Assembly (NCBI GenBank): GCA_963841385.1
Contig: CAWJCO010000002.1
Location: forward strand, 361,172-425,171
Length of the DNA: 64,000 bases
Origin: an uncultured Chloroflexia bacterium
GTDB taxonomy: Bacteria > Chloroflexota > Dormibacteria > Aeolococcales > Aeolococcaceae
Direction of reading: 5' to 3'
Shown piece by piece: positions 9,505-22,628 of the stretch (positions are counted from its first letter, which is position 1; every line of letters begins with the position of its first letter). A program made the position numbers and the translations under genes. The notes below the pieces were generated by a model. That model worked only from the letters and a program-made list of their open reading frames with translations. It did not search any database and had not been told where the DNA came from.

Positions 9505-10690
9505 CCGCAGCGTCCACGGACCTGCTGACATCCACGGTGACCACGTCCGGCGCGGTGACCGCCAACCCTCCGGAGGGCACGATCAACCACGTTCCCGCGT
9601 CCGGGCCCGAGGCGCCGGCCATGGCCGCGGCGCAGTCGGCGGCGGCGCGGCGCTCGACCAGGGCCATGGCGCTGCCGCCGAAGCCGGCACCCACCAGACG
9701 GGCCCCGTGGCAGCCCGGAACGCGGCGCGCCGCGGCCGTCATCTCATCCAGGCGCCGGGTGCTCACCCCGCAGTCGGCGCGCAGGGACGCATGGCTCTCG
9801 TTCATGAGGACCCCCAGGCGGTGGACGTCGCCCGACTCCAGGGCGGCCACCGCCGCATCGGTGCGGCCGGTCTCGGTGGCGATGTGCCGCCCCGCCGCCC
9901 GCAGCTCGGCCGGCAGCTCACCCCAGCGGTCCCCGATCTCCTGACAGCCGGTCACCCCGAGGGCCGCGCAGGCGCGCTCGGCCAACCGGCGGCGGGCTCG
10001 GTACCCGGATCCCTGGACGTCGTGGCGCTCGTCGCTGCTCGCCACCAGCAGCCCCACCTCGGGCCAGGGCCAGGGAATGTTGGTGCGGAAGCCGGTGGAG
10101 CAGTCGAGGAGGAGCACCGCACCGGCGCGACCGTGCACCACCGCCAGCGGATCGAGGTCGCCACACGGCACGCCGACGATCTCCCGCTCACCGGTCAGCG
10201 CCGCCCTCACCAGGTCGTCGGCGGTGAGCCAGGCGCCGGCCAGGCGGAGCATCGCCACCAGGCTGGCGGTCATGAGGGCGGCGGACGAGCTGAGGCCCGA
10301 CGAGCGCGGGATCCGGCTGGCCACGCCGATCTCCAGGGGCGGCAGGGGAACCCCGAACCTGCCCAGGGCGGACGCGGCGGCGAAGACGCGGTCGCCGATG
10401 TCCCCCGCCATCGAGGGCGCGCCGCGCTCCACCCGCTCGCCGTCGCTGACCACGCGCCAGCTGCGGTCGGCCGCCGGACGCACCGCCACCGCGAGGGTCA
10501 GGTCGATGGCCGCGCACAGGACCCGGCCGCCCACGTAGTCGACGTGCTCGCCGACCACCGTGATCCGGCCCGGCGCCGTCCCGCAGGCGACCGCGGGACC
10601 GGCTCCGAAAGCCGCCTCGAGCTCGCCGGTCGCAGCCGTCTCCAGCTCGCCCGGAGTCGCAGCCCGCGAGCTCGACTCGTTCACACCCAT
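9431..10690 (-). CDS. galK: Galactokinase (GHMP kinase family)
   Basis: PGRITVVGEHVDY, PRSSGLSSSAA, MNESHASLR, GARLVGAGFGG. Its 3' end overlaps the convergent DeoR gene by 74 bp. Confidence 0.85.
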   Translation of the reverse strand: MGVNESSSRAATPGELETAATGELEAAFGAGPAVACGTAPGRITVVGEHVDYVGGRVLCAAIDLTLAVAVRPAADRSWRVVSDGERVERGAPSMAGDIGDRVFAAASALGRFGVPLPPLEIGVASRIPRSSGLSSSAALMTASLVAMLRLAGAWLTADDLVRAALTGEREIVGVPCGDLDPLAVVHGRAGAVLLLDCSTGFRTNIPWPWPEVGLLVASSDERHDVQGSGYRARRRLAERACAALGVTGCQEIGDRWGELPAELRAAGRHIATETGRTDAAVAALESGDVHRLGVLMNESHASLRADCGVSTRRLDEMTAAARRVPGCHGARLVGAGFGGSAMALVERRAAADCAAAMAGASGPDAGTWLIVPSGGLAVTAPDVVTVDVSRSVDAAVRPAPPRCPGRESGRSDRGGHPGR

Positions 10691-10778
10691 GGCGGCGCCC
10701 CAGGTTAGCTCACGCCGCCGGGACCGGCTCCACGTTCACGATCGCCGGGCCGGCTCACGTTGACATCGATCGCCGCTC

Positions 10779-12503
10779 TCAGCGAGACCAGATCGCGGCC
10801 AACTCGGGGCCGAGCCGGACGGTGCCGCCTGCGCACGCGGCGTCGCCGGTCATCGCCAGGATCCGCGCCCCCGCCCATCCCGGCGCCGGGGCGTCCACGG
10901 GCTCCGGGCCGAGGTTGGCGCCGATCAGGTGGTCGCCGCGCTCGACGACGACCCACGGGGATCCCGCCTCGCTGATCACCCGGCTCTCGCGGAAGTCCCC
11001 ACAGCCGAGCCCGGGATGCTTGCGCCGGAGCCGGATCAGCGTGCGATACCAGTCCAGCATGGCCGCGTGAGCCGGGTGGTACCGCTCCTCCCAGCGGAGC
11101 CGCGACGCCGCGAACGTGGATTCCGCCTGCGGATCGGGGACCTCGGCCGGGTCCCAGCCGAGCCCCGCGCACTCTGCCCGCCGGCCCGCGGTGATCCTGC
11201 GCCCGAGCTCGGGCTCGTGGTCCGAGAAGTAGAGGAAGGGTGTGCTCGCCGCCCACTCCTCCCCGGCGAAGAGGAGGGGGACGTACGGGGAGGTGAGCAG
11301 GAGCAGGGCCGCCACGCGCAGCCGCGGCGGGGTGGTCAGCCGGCTGAGCCGCTCCCCGGGGGCCCGGTTGCCCACCTGGTCGTGGTTCTGGAGGCAGACC
11401 ACGAAGTTCTCGCCGCCGGTGCCGGCCGGCTCGCGCCCGTGCCGGCGGTCGCGACTGGTCGAATGCTGTCCGGTGTAGAGGTAGGGCGAGCTGAGCGCCC
11501 TGACCACGTCCGGCCAGCCGTGGAAGTCCCCGTAGTAGCCGGAGCGCTCGCCGGTCAGGGCCACGTGGAGCGCGTGGTGGAAGTCGTCGGCCCAGTGGGC
11601 GGTCGCGCCCCACCCGCCCCGGGTACGCGGCCACACCCCCCGCGGGTCGTTGCGATCCGTCTCCAGGATCAGCCACAGCCGCCTGCCCAGCTCAGCCTCC
11701 AGAGCCTCCACCGTCTCGGCCAGCTCCTCCACGATGTGCCGGGCCGACTCGTCGTGGATCGCATGCACGGCGTCGAGGCGCAGGCCGTCGAGGTGGAAGT
11801 CGCGCAGCCACCGTCGCGCGCTCTCGGTCACGAAGTCGCGGACCCCGTCACTGCCCGGGCCGTCGAAGTTGACCGCGGACCCCCAGGGGGTCCGGTGGTT
11901 GTCGGTGAAGTAGGGGCCGAACTGATCGAGGTGGTTGCCGGCCGGCCCGACGTGGTTGTAGACGGCGTCGAGGATCACCGCCAGGCCCCGCCGGTGGCAG
12001 GCGTCGACCAGCCGGCGCAACCCGTGGGGGCCGCCGTAGGCGGCGCGGACGGCGTAGAGGTCGGCCCCGTCGTAGCCCCACCCCCACCGGCCGGGGAACT
12101 CGGCGACCGGCATCAGCTCGACCGCGGTGACCCCCAGGCCGGTGAGGTGGTCGAGTCGCCGGACCAGCCCCTCGAAGGTCCCCTCGGGGCTGAACGTGCC
12201 CACGTGCAGCTCGTAGACGATCGCGTCCCGGAACGGCGGCGCCGACCACCCAGCGTCGGTCCACGCGAACCCGTCGTCCACCAGCTCCGAGACCCCCTCG
12301 ACCCCGTCGGGCTGGAACGGAGAGCGAGGGTCGGGCAGCGGGGGGCCGCCGTCGAGGCTCACCCGGTAGCGCAGACCGGGGACCAGGCGTGCGCTCTCGA
12401 GCTGGAAGCAGCCGTCCCCCGCGCGCTTCATGGCGAGGCGCTCGCCGCCCTCGAGCACCAGCTCGGCGCGCTCGGCCCGCGGGGCCCAGACCCTCCGGCG
12501 CAT
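10779..12503 (-). CDS. treZ: Malto-oligosyltrehalose trehalohydrolase (GH13)
   Basis: Starts MRRRVWAPRAE at 12503. YELHVGTF, WGYDG, DAVYNH.GP.GN, DGLRLDAVHAI, QNHDQVGNR motifs. Confidence 0.95.
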   Translation of the reverse strand: MRRRVWAPRAERAELVLEGGERLAMKRAGDGCFQLESARLVPGLRYRVSLDGGPPLPDPRSPFQPDGVEGVSELVDDGFAWTDAGWSAPPFRDAIVYELHVGTFSPEGTFEGLVRRLDHLTGLGVTAVELMPVAEFPGRWGWGYDGADLYAVRAAYGGPHGLRRLVDACHRRGLAVILDAVYNHVGPAGNHLDQFGPYFTDNHRTPWGSAVNFDGPGSDGVRDFVTESARRWLRDFHLDGLRLDAVHAIHDESARHIVEELAETVEALEAELGRRLWLILETDRNDPRGVWPRTRGGWGATAHWADDFHHALHVALTGERSGYYGDFHGWPDVVRALSSPYLYTGQHSTSRDRRHGREPAGTGGENFVVCLQNHDQVGNRAPGERLSRLTTPPRLRVAALLLLTSPYVPLLFAGEEWAASTPFLYFSDHEPELGRRITAGRRAECAGLGWDPAEVPDPQAESTFAASRLRWEERYHPAHAAMLDWYRTLIRLRRKHPGLGCGDFRESRVISEAGSPWVVVERGDHLIGANLGPEPVDAPAPGWAGARILAMTGDAACAGGTVRLGPELAAIWSR

Positions 12504-15069
12504 CAATCGCGCTCCAGCAGTGCCACCGGGAACCCGTCGAGGAGCTCGGAGACGCGAACCTCCCCCTGCCACGGCGCACCGCCCATCAGGTTGACCCAGC
12601 GGCCCTCGGGCAGCTCGACCGAGGTGTCGCCCCAGTCGCTCCCCAGTCCGATCACCAGCCGGGGCACGATGGTGACCGCTCCGGGGTCCGCCCCGCGGGC
12701 AAAGGCGACGGCGTGGTCGCGTCGCGCCCCGTGAACCGGGAGGGGGAGGTAGTCGCCGCGCTCGCCGAAGAGCTCGGGGCGACGGCGGCGCAGGTCGAGG
12801 GCGGTGTGGACGGTGAGCAGCTTGGTGCGGCCGTCGGCGTCCCCGGCGACCGCCGGCGGGCGGCTCCGCTCCAGCCGGTCCAGCAGCCGGCGGCGCTTCT
12901 GGTAGTCGACCGGGCGGCGGTTGTCGGGGTCGACGAGGTCGAGCTGCCAGAGCTCGGTGCCCTGGTAGGTGTCGGGGACGCCCGGCGAGGTCAGGCGGAG
13001 CAGGGTCATGGCCAGCGAGGTCACCCGTCCCGGCTCCACCAGCCGGGCGACGAGGTGGCTCAGCTCGGCGACCAGCGCGGCGTCCTCGAGGAGTGCCCGC
13101 ACCAGCTCGGCGAGCGCCTTCCGGTAGCCGCTGTCGGGCTCGATCCAGGAGGTCCGCTGCTTGGCTTCGGAGGACGCCTTGAGCATGTACTCGGTGAGCC
13201 GGCCGGCGTCGATCGGCCAGGCCCCGACCATGGTCTGGAAGAGCAGCTCCGACATGGTGCGGCCCGGCATTCCCGCGCGGAAGGCCTCGGCGTGGCTCTC
13301 CCGCCAGCGGCGGGTCAGGACCGGCCAGGCCGCGGCGATCTCGGAGAGCAGGTAGAGGCGCGCCCGCACGTCCTCGCCGCGCTTGCTGTCGTGGGTGGCG
13401 GTGGCGAGTAGGGAGCGGGGCCACCGCCGCTGCCGCTCGTGGTTGGCGGCGTGGAACTCCGCCACCCCGACGGCCGGGTGCCGTGGCGACGCACCGACCT
13501 CGCAGGCGGCGCTCAGCACCGGGAAGCGGTAGAAGGCCGTGTCCTCCACTCCCTTGGCCTGCACCACGGTGCTGACCTGCTGAAGGCGCAGCACGAAGTC
13601 GTGCTCCAGCCCGGGATCACGGGGCTCCAGCAGGAGGGCCCCCATCAGCTCAAGGGTTTCGGCGTCGCCGCCGCTGGCACCCGCGCGGCGGAGGGCGGCG
13701 CAGATCCGCGCCCGGTCGGAGGGATCGGGCTCGGCGTCGGCAGCGTCGACGTAGGTCCGGTAGACGTCCAGGCCCAGCAGGTACTCGACCACCCCGGTGC
13801 GCAGCCGGTCGGACGCGCCAGACAGCTCCTCCCGGGCCCGGTCGCGGCAGACCGCGCCGAGCATGCGCACCAGCCGGTCGACGTTGGGCCGGAGCGTTCC
13901 GTCCATCACCTCGAGCTTGGCGTGCCGGGTGATCTCCTCGAAGTCGTCGGGGTGCCCGGTGGCCTCGGCCCAGCTCTGGCGGAGCGCCACCCAGCCCGCC
14001 GGGTCGATGAACAGGCCGCCGGCGAGGGCGCCGAACTCATAGCCGGTGGTGCCGTCGACCGGCCAGGCGTCGGGCAGCGCCTCGTCGTGGGCGAGGATCT
14101 TCTCGACCCAGAGCCCGCTATCGGGGTGCCGCCGGCGCATCCGCTCCAGGTAGGCCCGGGGCTGGCGCAGGCCGTCGATGTGGTCGACCCGGACCGCGTC
14201 CACGTCGCCACGATCCAGCAGCGCGTCGACCATCACGTGGGTGGCATCCAGCACCTCGGGGTCCTCGACCCGGACCCCGACCAGCGACGTGATGTCGAAG
14301 AAGTTGCGGTAGTTCATCACCGTGGCCGCCTCGTGCCAGTCGGTCAGTGCGTAGTTCTGTTCGTCCAGCAGGCCGCGCAGGGCGTCGGGGTCGCGGTTCC
14401 AGCGCTCGAGAGGCTCGGTCAGGGCAATGGCCTCGGCGTCGTCGAACGCCGCGAGCCGCTGCGCCATCTCGTCGCTGGCGGCCATCCGCTCCTCGGCGAG
14501 CTCCGCGTCGTGGATCCGCTCGGCGAGGCCGGCCAGCTCCGTGCCCGCGAGCACCGTGGGAAGGGTCTCCCGCGAGAGCGGCAGCCGGCTGTCGCCGTGG
14601 GCCACCACCACCCCGGAGTCTGTGACCAGCTGGACCAGCCGCTGCTCCAGGGCCTCGTCGAGGGACCGGTCCAGGAGCGGAGCCATGACCCGCCCCCGAA
14701 CCAGCGGATGGTCCCAGTTGATGTCGAAGTAGCGGGCGAAGGGGCTGCTCCGCCCCGCCACCAGCACGTCCCACCACCAGCGGTTGCGCCGGTCCGCGAC
14801 CGACATGTGGTTGGGGACGATGTCGAGGAGGATCCGGAGTCGCCGGTCCCCGGCGGCGTCGACCAGGGCGCGGAAGCCGCCCTCGCCCCCCAGGTCGTCG
14901 GAGATGCGGGTGGGGTCGACCACGTCGTACCCGTGCGACGAGCCCTGGGCGGCCTGGAGGATGGGCGAGCAGTAGAGGTGGCTGACCCCGAGGCCGGTCA
15001 GGTAGTCGAGGCTGGCGGTGAGCTCCTCGAAGCCGAAGCCCGGACCGAGCTGGACCCGGTAGGTCGCTC

Positions 15070-15073
<4 letters not shown>
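12503..15073 (-). CDS. treY: Malto-oligosyltrehalose synthase
   Basis: GTG start VRATYRVQL. GSSHGYDVVD, DIVPNHM, RVDHIDGL, VEKIL, GTTGYE, ATHDSKRGED, LVDPDNRRPVDY motifs. Confidence 0.95.
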
Positions 15074-17226
<2,153 letters not shown>

Positions 17227-17859
17227 GGTCTCCTCCTGATCGAGCCCTGCGGTCACGCCACGCGCCCGCGCCAGCCCGGCCGCCGCTCTCCGGTTGGGAT
17301 CGCGTGGACGCAGATCCGGGTCAGATTCTCACACCGCGGGCGCTGCGTGACCTCGCCCGCGGCGGCCGGCCGACTGGCCATTAACATACTGCTATTGATA
17401 TCATATTATCTGATAACGATGGCTGGGCAGATCACCTCCGGGCCACGGCTCTCGGCGTCATCGGCGGCCTGAGATGCTGGTCCTCGCCGTGGTTGTCAAG
17501 GGCCTGATCGGCGGCACCCTGGTGACCCTGGCCTGGGCCATCCTGGTCGGTCTGGGGTGCTGATGCGCTGAGACGGCCACCCCGCCGCCGGTGCGCCAAC
17601 CGCCCCGCCCACCCACGGCGTCGACGGCAGCCCTCTGTCGGGGCACTTGACGCGCACCCCTTACTGGCCAAAGATGTCGGTACGCTGCCGTACATACGGG
17701 CGGCAAGCTTCGTGGTCGTCAGAGAGCCTGTTCCGTCCGAGAGCCTGCTTGGTTAGAGAGTTCCGTGTCTCAGGCGCCATCTGGGTGAGCGCTTTCGAGG
17801 GAGGGGATGTCGCGCTACCTCGATACGGCTCGTCTTGCCGCGCAGGTCGCGTCAATTCC

Positions 17860-18030
17860 CGGGTCGCCCAGGTCCTCAGGAATCTCATCGACAACGCCGT
17901 CAAGTAGTCGCCCCGGGGTGGGGAGATCGACATCAGCTGGGAGGCCGACGCCCAGCGCGTTCGCACCCGGGTCCGGGACCGCGGCGTGGTCTCGGACCCG
18001 GCCAGCTTCCGTGCTCTTCACCCGCCCCAG
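17860..18030 (+). pseudogene. Sensor histidine kinase HATPase_c remnant
   Basis: Reads QVLRNLIDNAVK*SPRGGEIDISWEADAQRVRTRVRDRG: N box with TAG (17905-17907) where Tyr is expected, then the G1 box. An LFTR (F-box-like) segment follows in another frame. No upstream H-box domain. Confidence 0.7.
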
Positions 18031-18186
18031 CAGTCTGGTGACCCCGGGAGGCGAGCCACATCCCACCCTCCCGCCTCGCGCCGTGGCGCTCCCCAGCCCC
18101 TCGGGCGGCCTGCCCCGGTGGGAAGGGGGCGCGGGCGCCCATAGTGATAGAATAGCTATCATAATTAGTGGTAGCAGCTAAGGCGG

Positions 18187-18714
18187 ATGACAATGCGAAT
18201 TGCCTGCCCTCTGACCAGCGACTTCGCGGACTCGGAGTTCGGCGTCCCGTACCGCGCCTTCCGCGAGGCCGGTCATGAGGTCGTCGTGGTGGGGACGGAG
18301 CCGGGCGAGCAGATGAAGGGTCTGCAGGGCGAGGAGATCGCCCAGGCCGCCCTCGGCGTCGAATGTGCGCGGCCGGACGAGTTCGACGCGCTGTTCGTCC
18401 CCGGGGGTTACTCCCCTGACCACCTGCGCGCGGACCCGCGGTTCCTGCAGTTCCCCCGCGCCTTCGCGGATGCCGACAAGCCGATCCTGGCGATCTGCCA
18501 CGGGCCCCAGCTCCTGAGCAGCGCCGACGCCATCCGGGGACGGCGCCTGACCGCCTGGCGCACCGTCCAGCGGGACCTCGAGCGGATGGGGGAGAGGGTG
18601 ACCGATTCCACCGTGGTTGTCGACGGCCAGTTGGTCACCTCGCGCCAGCCGGACGATCTCGACGCTTTCGTCCGCGAGAGCCTCCGCACCCTCAGCATCG
18701 TGGCTCAGCGATGA
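18187..18714 (+). CDS. PfpI/DJ-1 family type 1 glutamine amidotransferase-like protein (YraA/YhbO-like)
   Basis: F.DSE, FDALFVPGGYSPDHLR, AICHGPQLL, LVTSRQPDDL. Confidence 0.92.
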   Translation: MTMRIACPLTSDFADSEFGVPYRAFREAGHEVVVVGTEPGEQMKGLQGEEIAQAALGVECARPDEFDALFVPGGYSPDHLRADPRFLQFPRAFADADKPILAICHGPQLLSSADAIRGRRLTAWRTVQRDLERMGERVTDSTVVVDGQLVTSRQPDDLDAFVRESLRTLSIVAQR

Positions 18715-18941
18715 GCCGCGAGCCTCGCGCACCGATCGAGGACGGTGCCGGAGAGCCTCGCGCGGCGATCGGGGACCGTGGCGGCGACCTGGCGAGCGAC
18801 GGCGCCCGCGAAGCGGGCGATGCCGTCTGCTGGCTCCATCTGGTCTGCCCCGCATGCGGGGAGCTGGGAGGCCATCTCCCGAGCTGCCGGGTCGCGGCCG
18901 AGATGGCCGGCGGTCAGAGACGCGCGGAAGACCCGCCGTAG
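18711..18941 (+). CDS. Small Cys/His-rich hypothetical protein
   Basis: ATGA overlap with the PfpI gene. GDAVCWLHLVCPACG...HLPSC is a putative metal-binding motif. Confidence 0.55.
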   Translation: MSREPRAPIEDGAGEPRAAIGDRGGDLASDGAREAGDAVCWLHLVCPACGELGGHLPSCRVAAEMAGGQRRAEDPP

Positions 18942-19051
18942 ACGGTCATCGGGTTGGTCAACCCTGGGGGGCCGGGACGTGGGTCACCGAACGCCCGCTG
19001 GTCGACCACCTCCGGATCCGCGCGCGGGCGGTTGACGTTCAGCCGCAGGTC

Positions 19052-20002
19052 TCAGCGGCCAGCCCTGCCGGCCGGATGCTCGGCGTCCGCCGCGGCCACC
19101 GCCTCCCTGACCGCCGGGACCACCTCCTCGGCCCAGCGCGCGAGCCCGGCTGCGGTGAGGATGCCTCCCGGCTCGCGGTAGACGAAGCCGCTGGCGCCGT
19201 GCTCGAGCACGGCACCGGTGAGCTCCTCCACCCACTGCTCCACCGAGCCGCCGGTCCAGCGTCCATCCCCGTCCCGCGTCGAGGTGGGGGCGGAGTCGCT
19301 GATGGCGCCTGCGAAGTTGAAGACGCTGATGACGTCCGTCGGGTCGCGACCCGCTGCGCTCGCGGCCTCATCGATCAACGGCCTCTGCTCCCGGTACTGG
19401 GGGCTGAGCCAGTCCGCGCCTCCGCTGGGCATCCATCCGTCGGCCAGGCGCCCGGTCACGGCGAGCGACCGGGGTCCACGCGACCCGGTCCAGATCGGCG
19501 GCGTGGCCACGGGCGCGGGCTCGAGGCCCGACACCGTGTAGAAGCGGCCGGCGAACTCCACCGGCTCTCCGCCTCCGGAAAGCGCCCGAATCAGCTCGAT
19601 GGCCTCCTCCATGGCGCTCACCGATTCCCCGGGAGTGAGCCGCGGCACCCCCAGCTTGACGATCGAGTCCCACATGCCTCCCGCGCCGATGCCGAGCACC
19701 ACACGACCTCCGGAGAGGGCGGACAGCGAGGTGATGGCATGGGCGAGCACTGGCGCCGGCCGGCTCGGCAGGTTGGTGACAGTCACCGCGCCGTGGATGC
19801 GCGACGTGGCGCCGAGCAGGAAGGCGAGGCCGGAGTAGGCGTCGATGCGGTTGGCCAGGTACGGGTGGTCGGCAAGGGTGAAGAGGTCGAGGCCGCTCTC
19901 GTCCGCAAGCACGGCCCGCTCGTGGATCCCCCGCGTCTGGGCGAGGTCGGCGCCGGACCAATCACCGAGGCTCACTCCGAACAGCAGCTTGCGTCCCGGC
20001 AC
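19052..20002 (-). CDS. LLM class flavin-dependent oxidoreductase
   Basis: GAGGAG RBS before the GTG at 20002. ADHPY, LSGGRVVLGIGAG, PPIW.G..GPR, GRLADGW motifs. Confidence 0.88.
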   Translation of the reverse strand: MPGRKLLFGVSLGDWSGADLAQTRGIHERAVLADESGLDLFTLADHPYLANRIDAYSGLAFLLGATSRIHGAVTVTNLPSRPAPVLAHAITSLSALSGGRVVLGIGAGGMWDSIVKLGVPRLTPGESVSAMEEAIELIRALSGGGEPVEFAGRFYTVSGLEPAPVATPPIWTGSRGPRSLAVTGRLADGWMPSGGADWLSPQYREQRPLIDEAASAAGRDPTDVISVFNFAGAISDSAPTSTRDGDGRWTGGSVEQWVEELTGAVLEHGASGFVYREPGGILTAAGLARWAEEVVPAVREAVAAADAEHPAGRAGR

Positions 20003-20239
20003 TGGTGCGCTCCTCCTCGCTGGCGGCCTCCCCGTCCGCCCCCAAGTGGAAAGGCTATCCGAGATCTTCGGAGCGGCGCTCATCCACTACCTGGGCCGGG
20101 CTGCTGTCCCTCCAGCCCGAGGCCGGCGCCCGACGAACCGTCGCCGGCCATGGCCGGGGGACGTCCTAAGGGTTGGCAAGCCGTGGAGAGCTGCGGTCGA
20201 TCCTGCCCTCCGCCCGACGCGGTAGGGTGAATTCACGGC

Positions 20240-20728
20240 ATGGACACGAGCCATAACGCGCCCATCACACCGGAATTGGCCAGCCCCGCCGACGCCCCGG
20301 CCCTACGCGCTCTCTACGCCGCCGGAGGCTGGCGGCCCCAGTCCCGCTCCGTGCAGGAGCTCAAGGAGCGCATCGGCCACGGCGAGGTTGCCCTTCTCCG
20401 CGAGGACGGCCGGGTGGTGGCCAGCGTTGCCGTCACTTGGGAGGACTCCGTGTGCTGGGGAGCGGCCGGCCGTGACGGCACAGCCGGCTACGTCCACGCC
20501 CTGGTCCGGGACCGGGAACGGACCGCCTCGGGGCTCGGGCTCCGGCTCCTCGTCTGGGCCGAGAACCGGATCGTCGCCCGGGGCCGGCACCTCAGCCGCC
20601 TCGACACCGTCGCCGAGCGGACCCCCCTTCTCCGCTATTACCAGGCTCACGGCTACCGCATGGTCGACACCCGCACCTACCGCTGGGCCGCGCATGCCCT
20701 CACCCTCTTCGAGAGGCGGCTCCCATAG
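20240..20728 (+). CDS. GNAT family N-acetyltransferase
   Basis: YVHALVR...SGLGLRLL.WAE, RLD.......L.RYY...GY (GNAT motifs A/B). Confidence 0.82.
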   Translation: MDTSHNAPITPELASPADAPALRALYAAGGWRPQSRSVQELKERIGHGEVALLREDGRVVASVAVTWEDSVCWGAAGRDGTAGYVHALVRDRERTASGLGLRLLVWAENRIVARGRHLSRLDTVAERTPLLRYYQAHGYRMVDTRTYRWAAHALTLFERRLP

Positions 20729-20899
20729 GGCCGGCCACCAGCGCGGCCTCGGGCCGGGTCCGCATCGTGATCCGGCCAGAGATCCGACCGAGTGAGGGGT
20801 CGTCCCTGGGGGGTTGCCTGATCAATTGACGAGGTTGGTCGGTCCGATGCGACCGGCCGCACGCGGCCCGATCTACCCGCTGCCGTCGGGTGGCCCCCG

Positions 20900-21928
20900 T
20901 CATCGGCGCCCCGCCTGATCGGGCGGGGACGACGCGCCAGGCTCCCCGCCGGCCCTCAGGAGGGTGATCGGCTGCCAGAGCATGGCCAGCAGCACCACCG
21001 CCCAGACCGCGAAGCCGGCCCAGGTCCAGATGCGGGCAAATTGGTTGATCGGGGGGATCCCGAGCGTGGTGCCGACGGCGAAGCTGCAGGCGGCGTACAT
21101 CGCGACCGGGAAGACCGTGGACCACCGCTGCACCTCATAGGAGCCGCGTGGCGAGATCAGCTCGGTGACGAGCAGGACGGGCAGCCAGCAGGCGGCGGCG
21201 ACCCAGAGGACCAGGGCCGCGCCTCGGAGGGCGGTTCCCCCGCCCAGCAGGTGCAGCGTGCTCGCCGCCTGCGCCGCCTCCGCGCAGGCCAGTGCTGAGA
21301 TGGCGAGGGCTCCGCCCGCCACCCACTGGTCACCCCTGCCGGCCAGGAGCTGGTGGAGGTCGAAGCGCCAGATGACGAAGCCGTAGAGGCCGACGCCGAG
21401 GGTCAGCGGGACGACGCTCGCGAACACCAGCCACCCCGCGTGGCCGGTCACGCCCAGCGTGGCGAGGAGGACCGCCAGCGACTCTGTCGAGACGCAGAGC
21501 AGAAAGGAGGCGCCCACGGTCGGGGTCACCCGGTGGCGCAGCTGCGGCCCCAGCAGCCCGAGCCACAGCAGCACGGCCAGGATCAGCAGGACCGCTCCCG
21601 CCCATCGCCATCCGAGCAGCGTGAGCCGGGTCCCGAGGACCGCGGTACCCGCCACCGAGGAGAGCCCGGCGGGACCGCCTTCAGCGGCTGGGAACAGCTG
21701 GCGGCGCCGGAACATCTGGTCGCCGCGGAGCAGGCCGAGGAGAGCCCAGGCGAGACCCGCGACGGCCACCGTAACCAGGGAGAGTAGCTTCTCGCCGGTC
21801 ATCTCCAGGTCGATGGAGACGATCCCGCTGCCCATCACCACCGCACCCGATCCCGCGGGGATCGCCCCGGCGACCCGGGCGAGCCCCGATGCGGCCGGGA
21901 GCTCCTGATCGTTGACCGAGGACGTCAT
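20900..21928 (-). CDS. Tellurite resistance/C4-dicarboxylate (TDT/SLAC1) family transporter
   Basis: AVVMGSGIVS, GDQWVAGGALAIS, WSTVFP..MYA; about 10 TM helices. Confidence 0.85.
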   Translation of the reverse strand: MTSSVNDQELPAASGLARVAGAIPAGSGAVVMGSGIVSIDLEMTGEKLLSLVTVAVAGLAWALLGLLRGDQMFRRRQLFPAAEGGPAGLSSVAGTAVLGTRLTLLGWRWAGAVLLILAVLLWLGLLGPQLRHRVTPTVGASFLLCVSTESLAVLLATLGVTGHAGWLVFASVVPLTLGVGLYGFVIWRFDLHQLLAGRGDQWVAGGALAISALACAEAAQAASTLHLLGGGTALRGAALVLWVAAACWLPVLLVTELISPRGSYEVQRWSTVFPVAMYAACSFAVGTTLGIPPINQFARIWTWAGFAVWAVVLLAMLWQPITLLRAGGEPGASSPPDQAGRR

Positions 21929-22012
21929 CGGCATCCCGAGAGTAGCCGCGGGGGGGCCGGCCCGGTCAGGGACAGCACCCGGCCACGCCCACACCGGGCT
22001 AGGATCATTGGG

Positions 22013-22567
<555 letters not shown>

Positions 22568-22628
22568 ACGCTCAGCGCCGGCGGGCCGCCCGCGTGGGCT
22601 CCGAGCGCCTTCCGGCGTGGCTCCGCCC

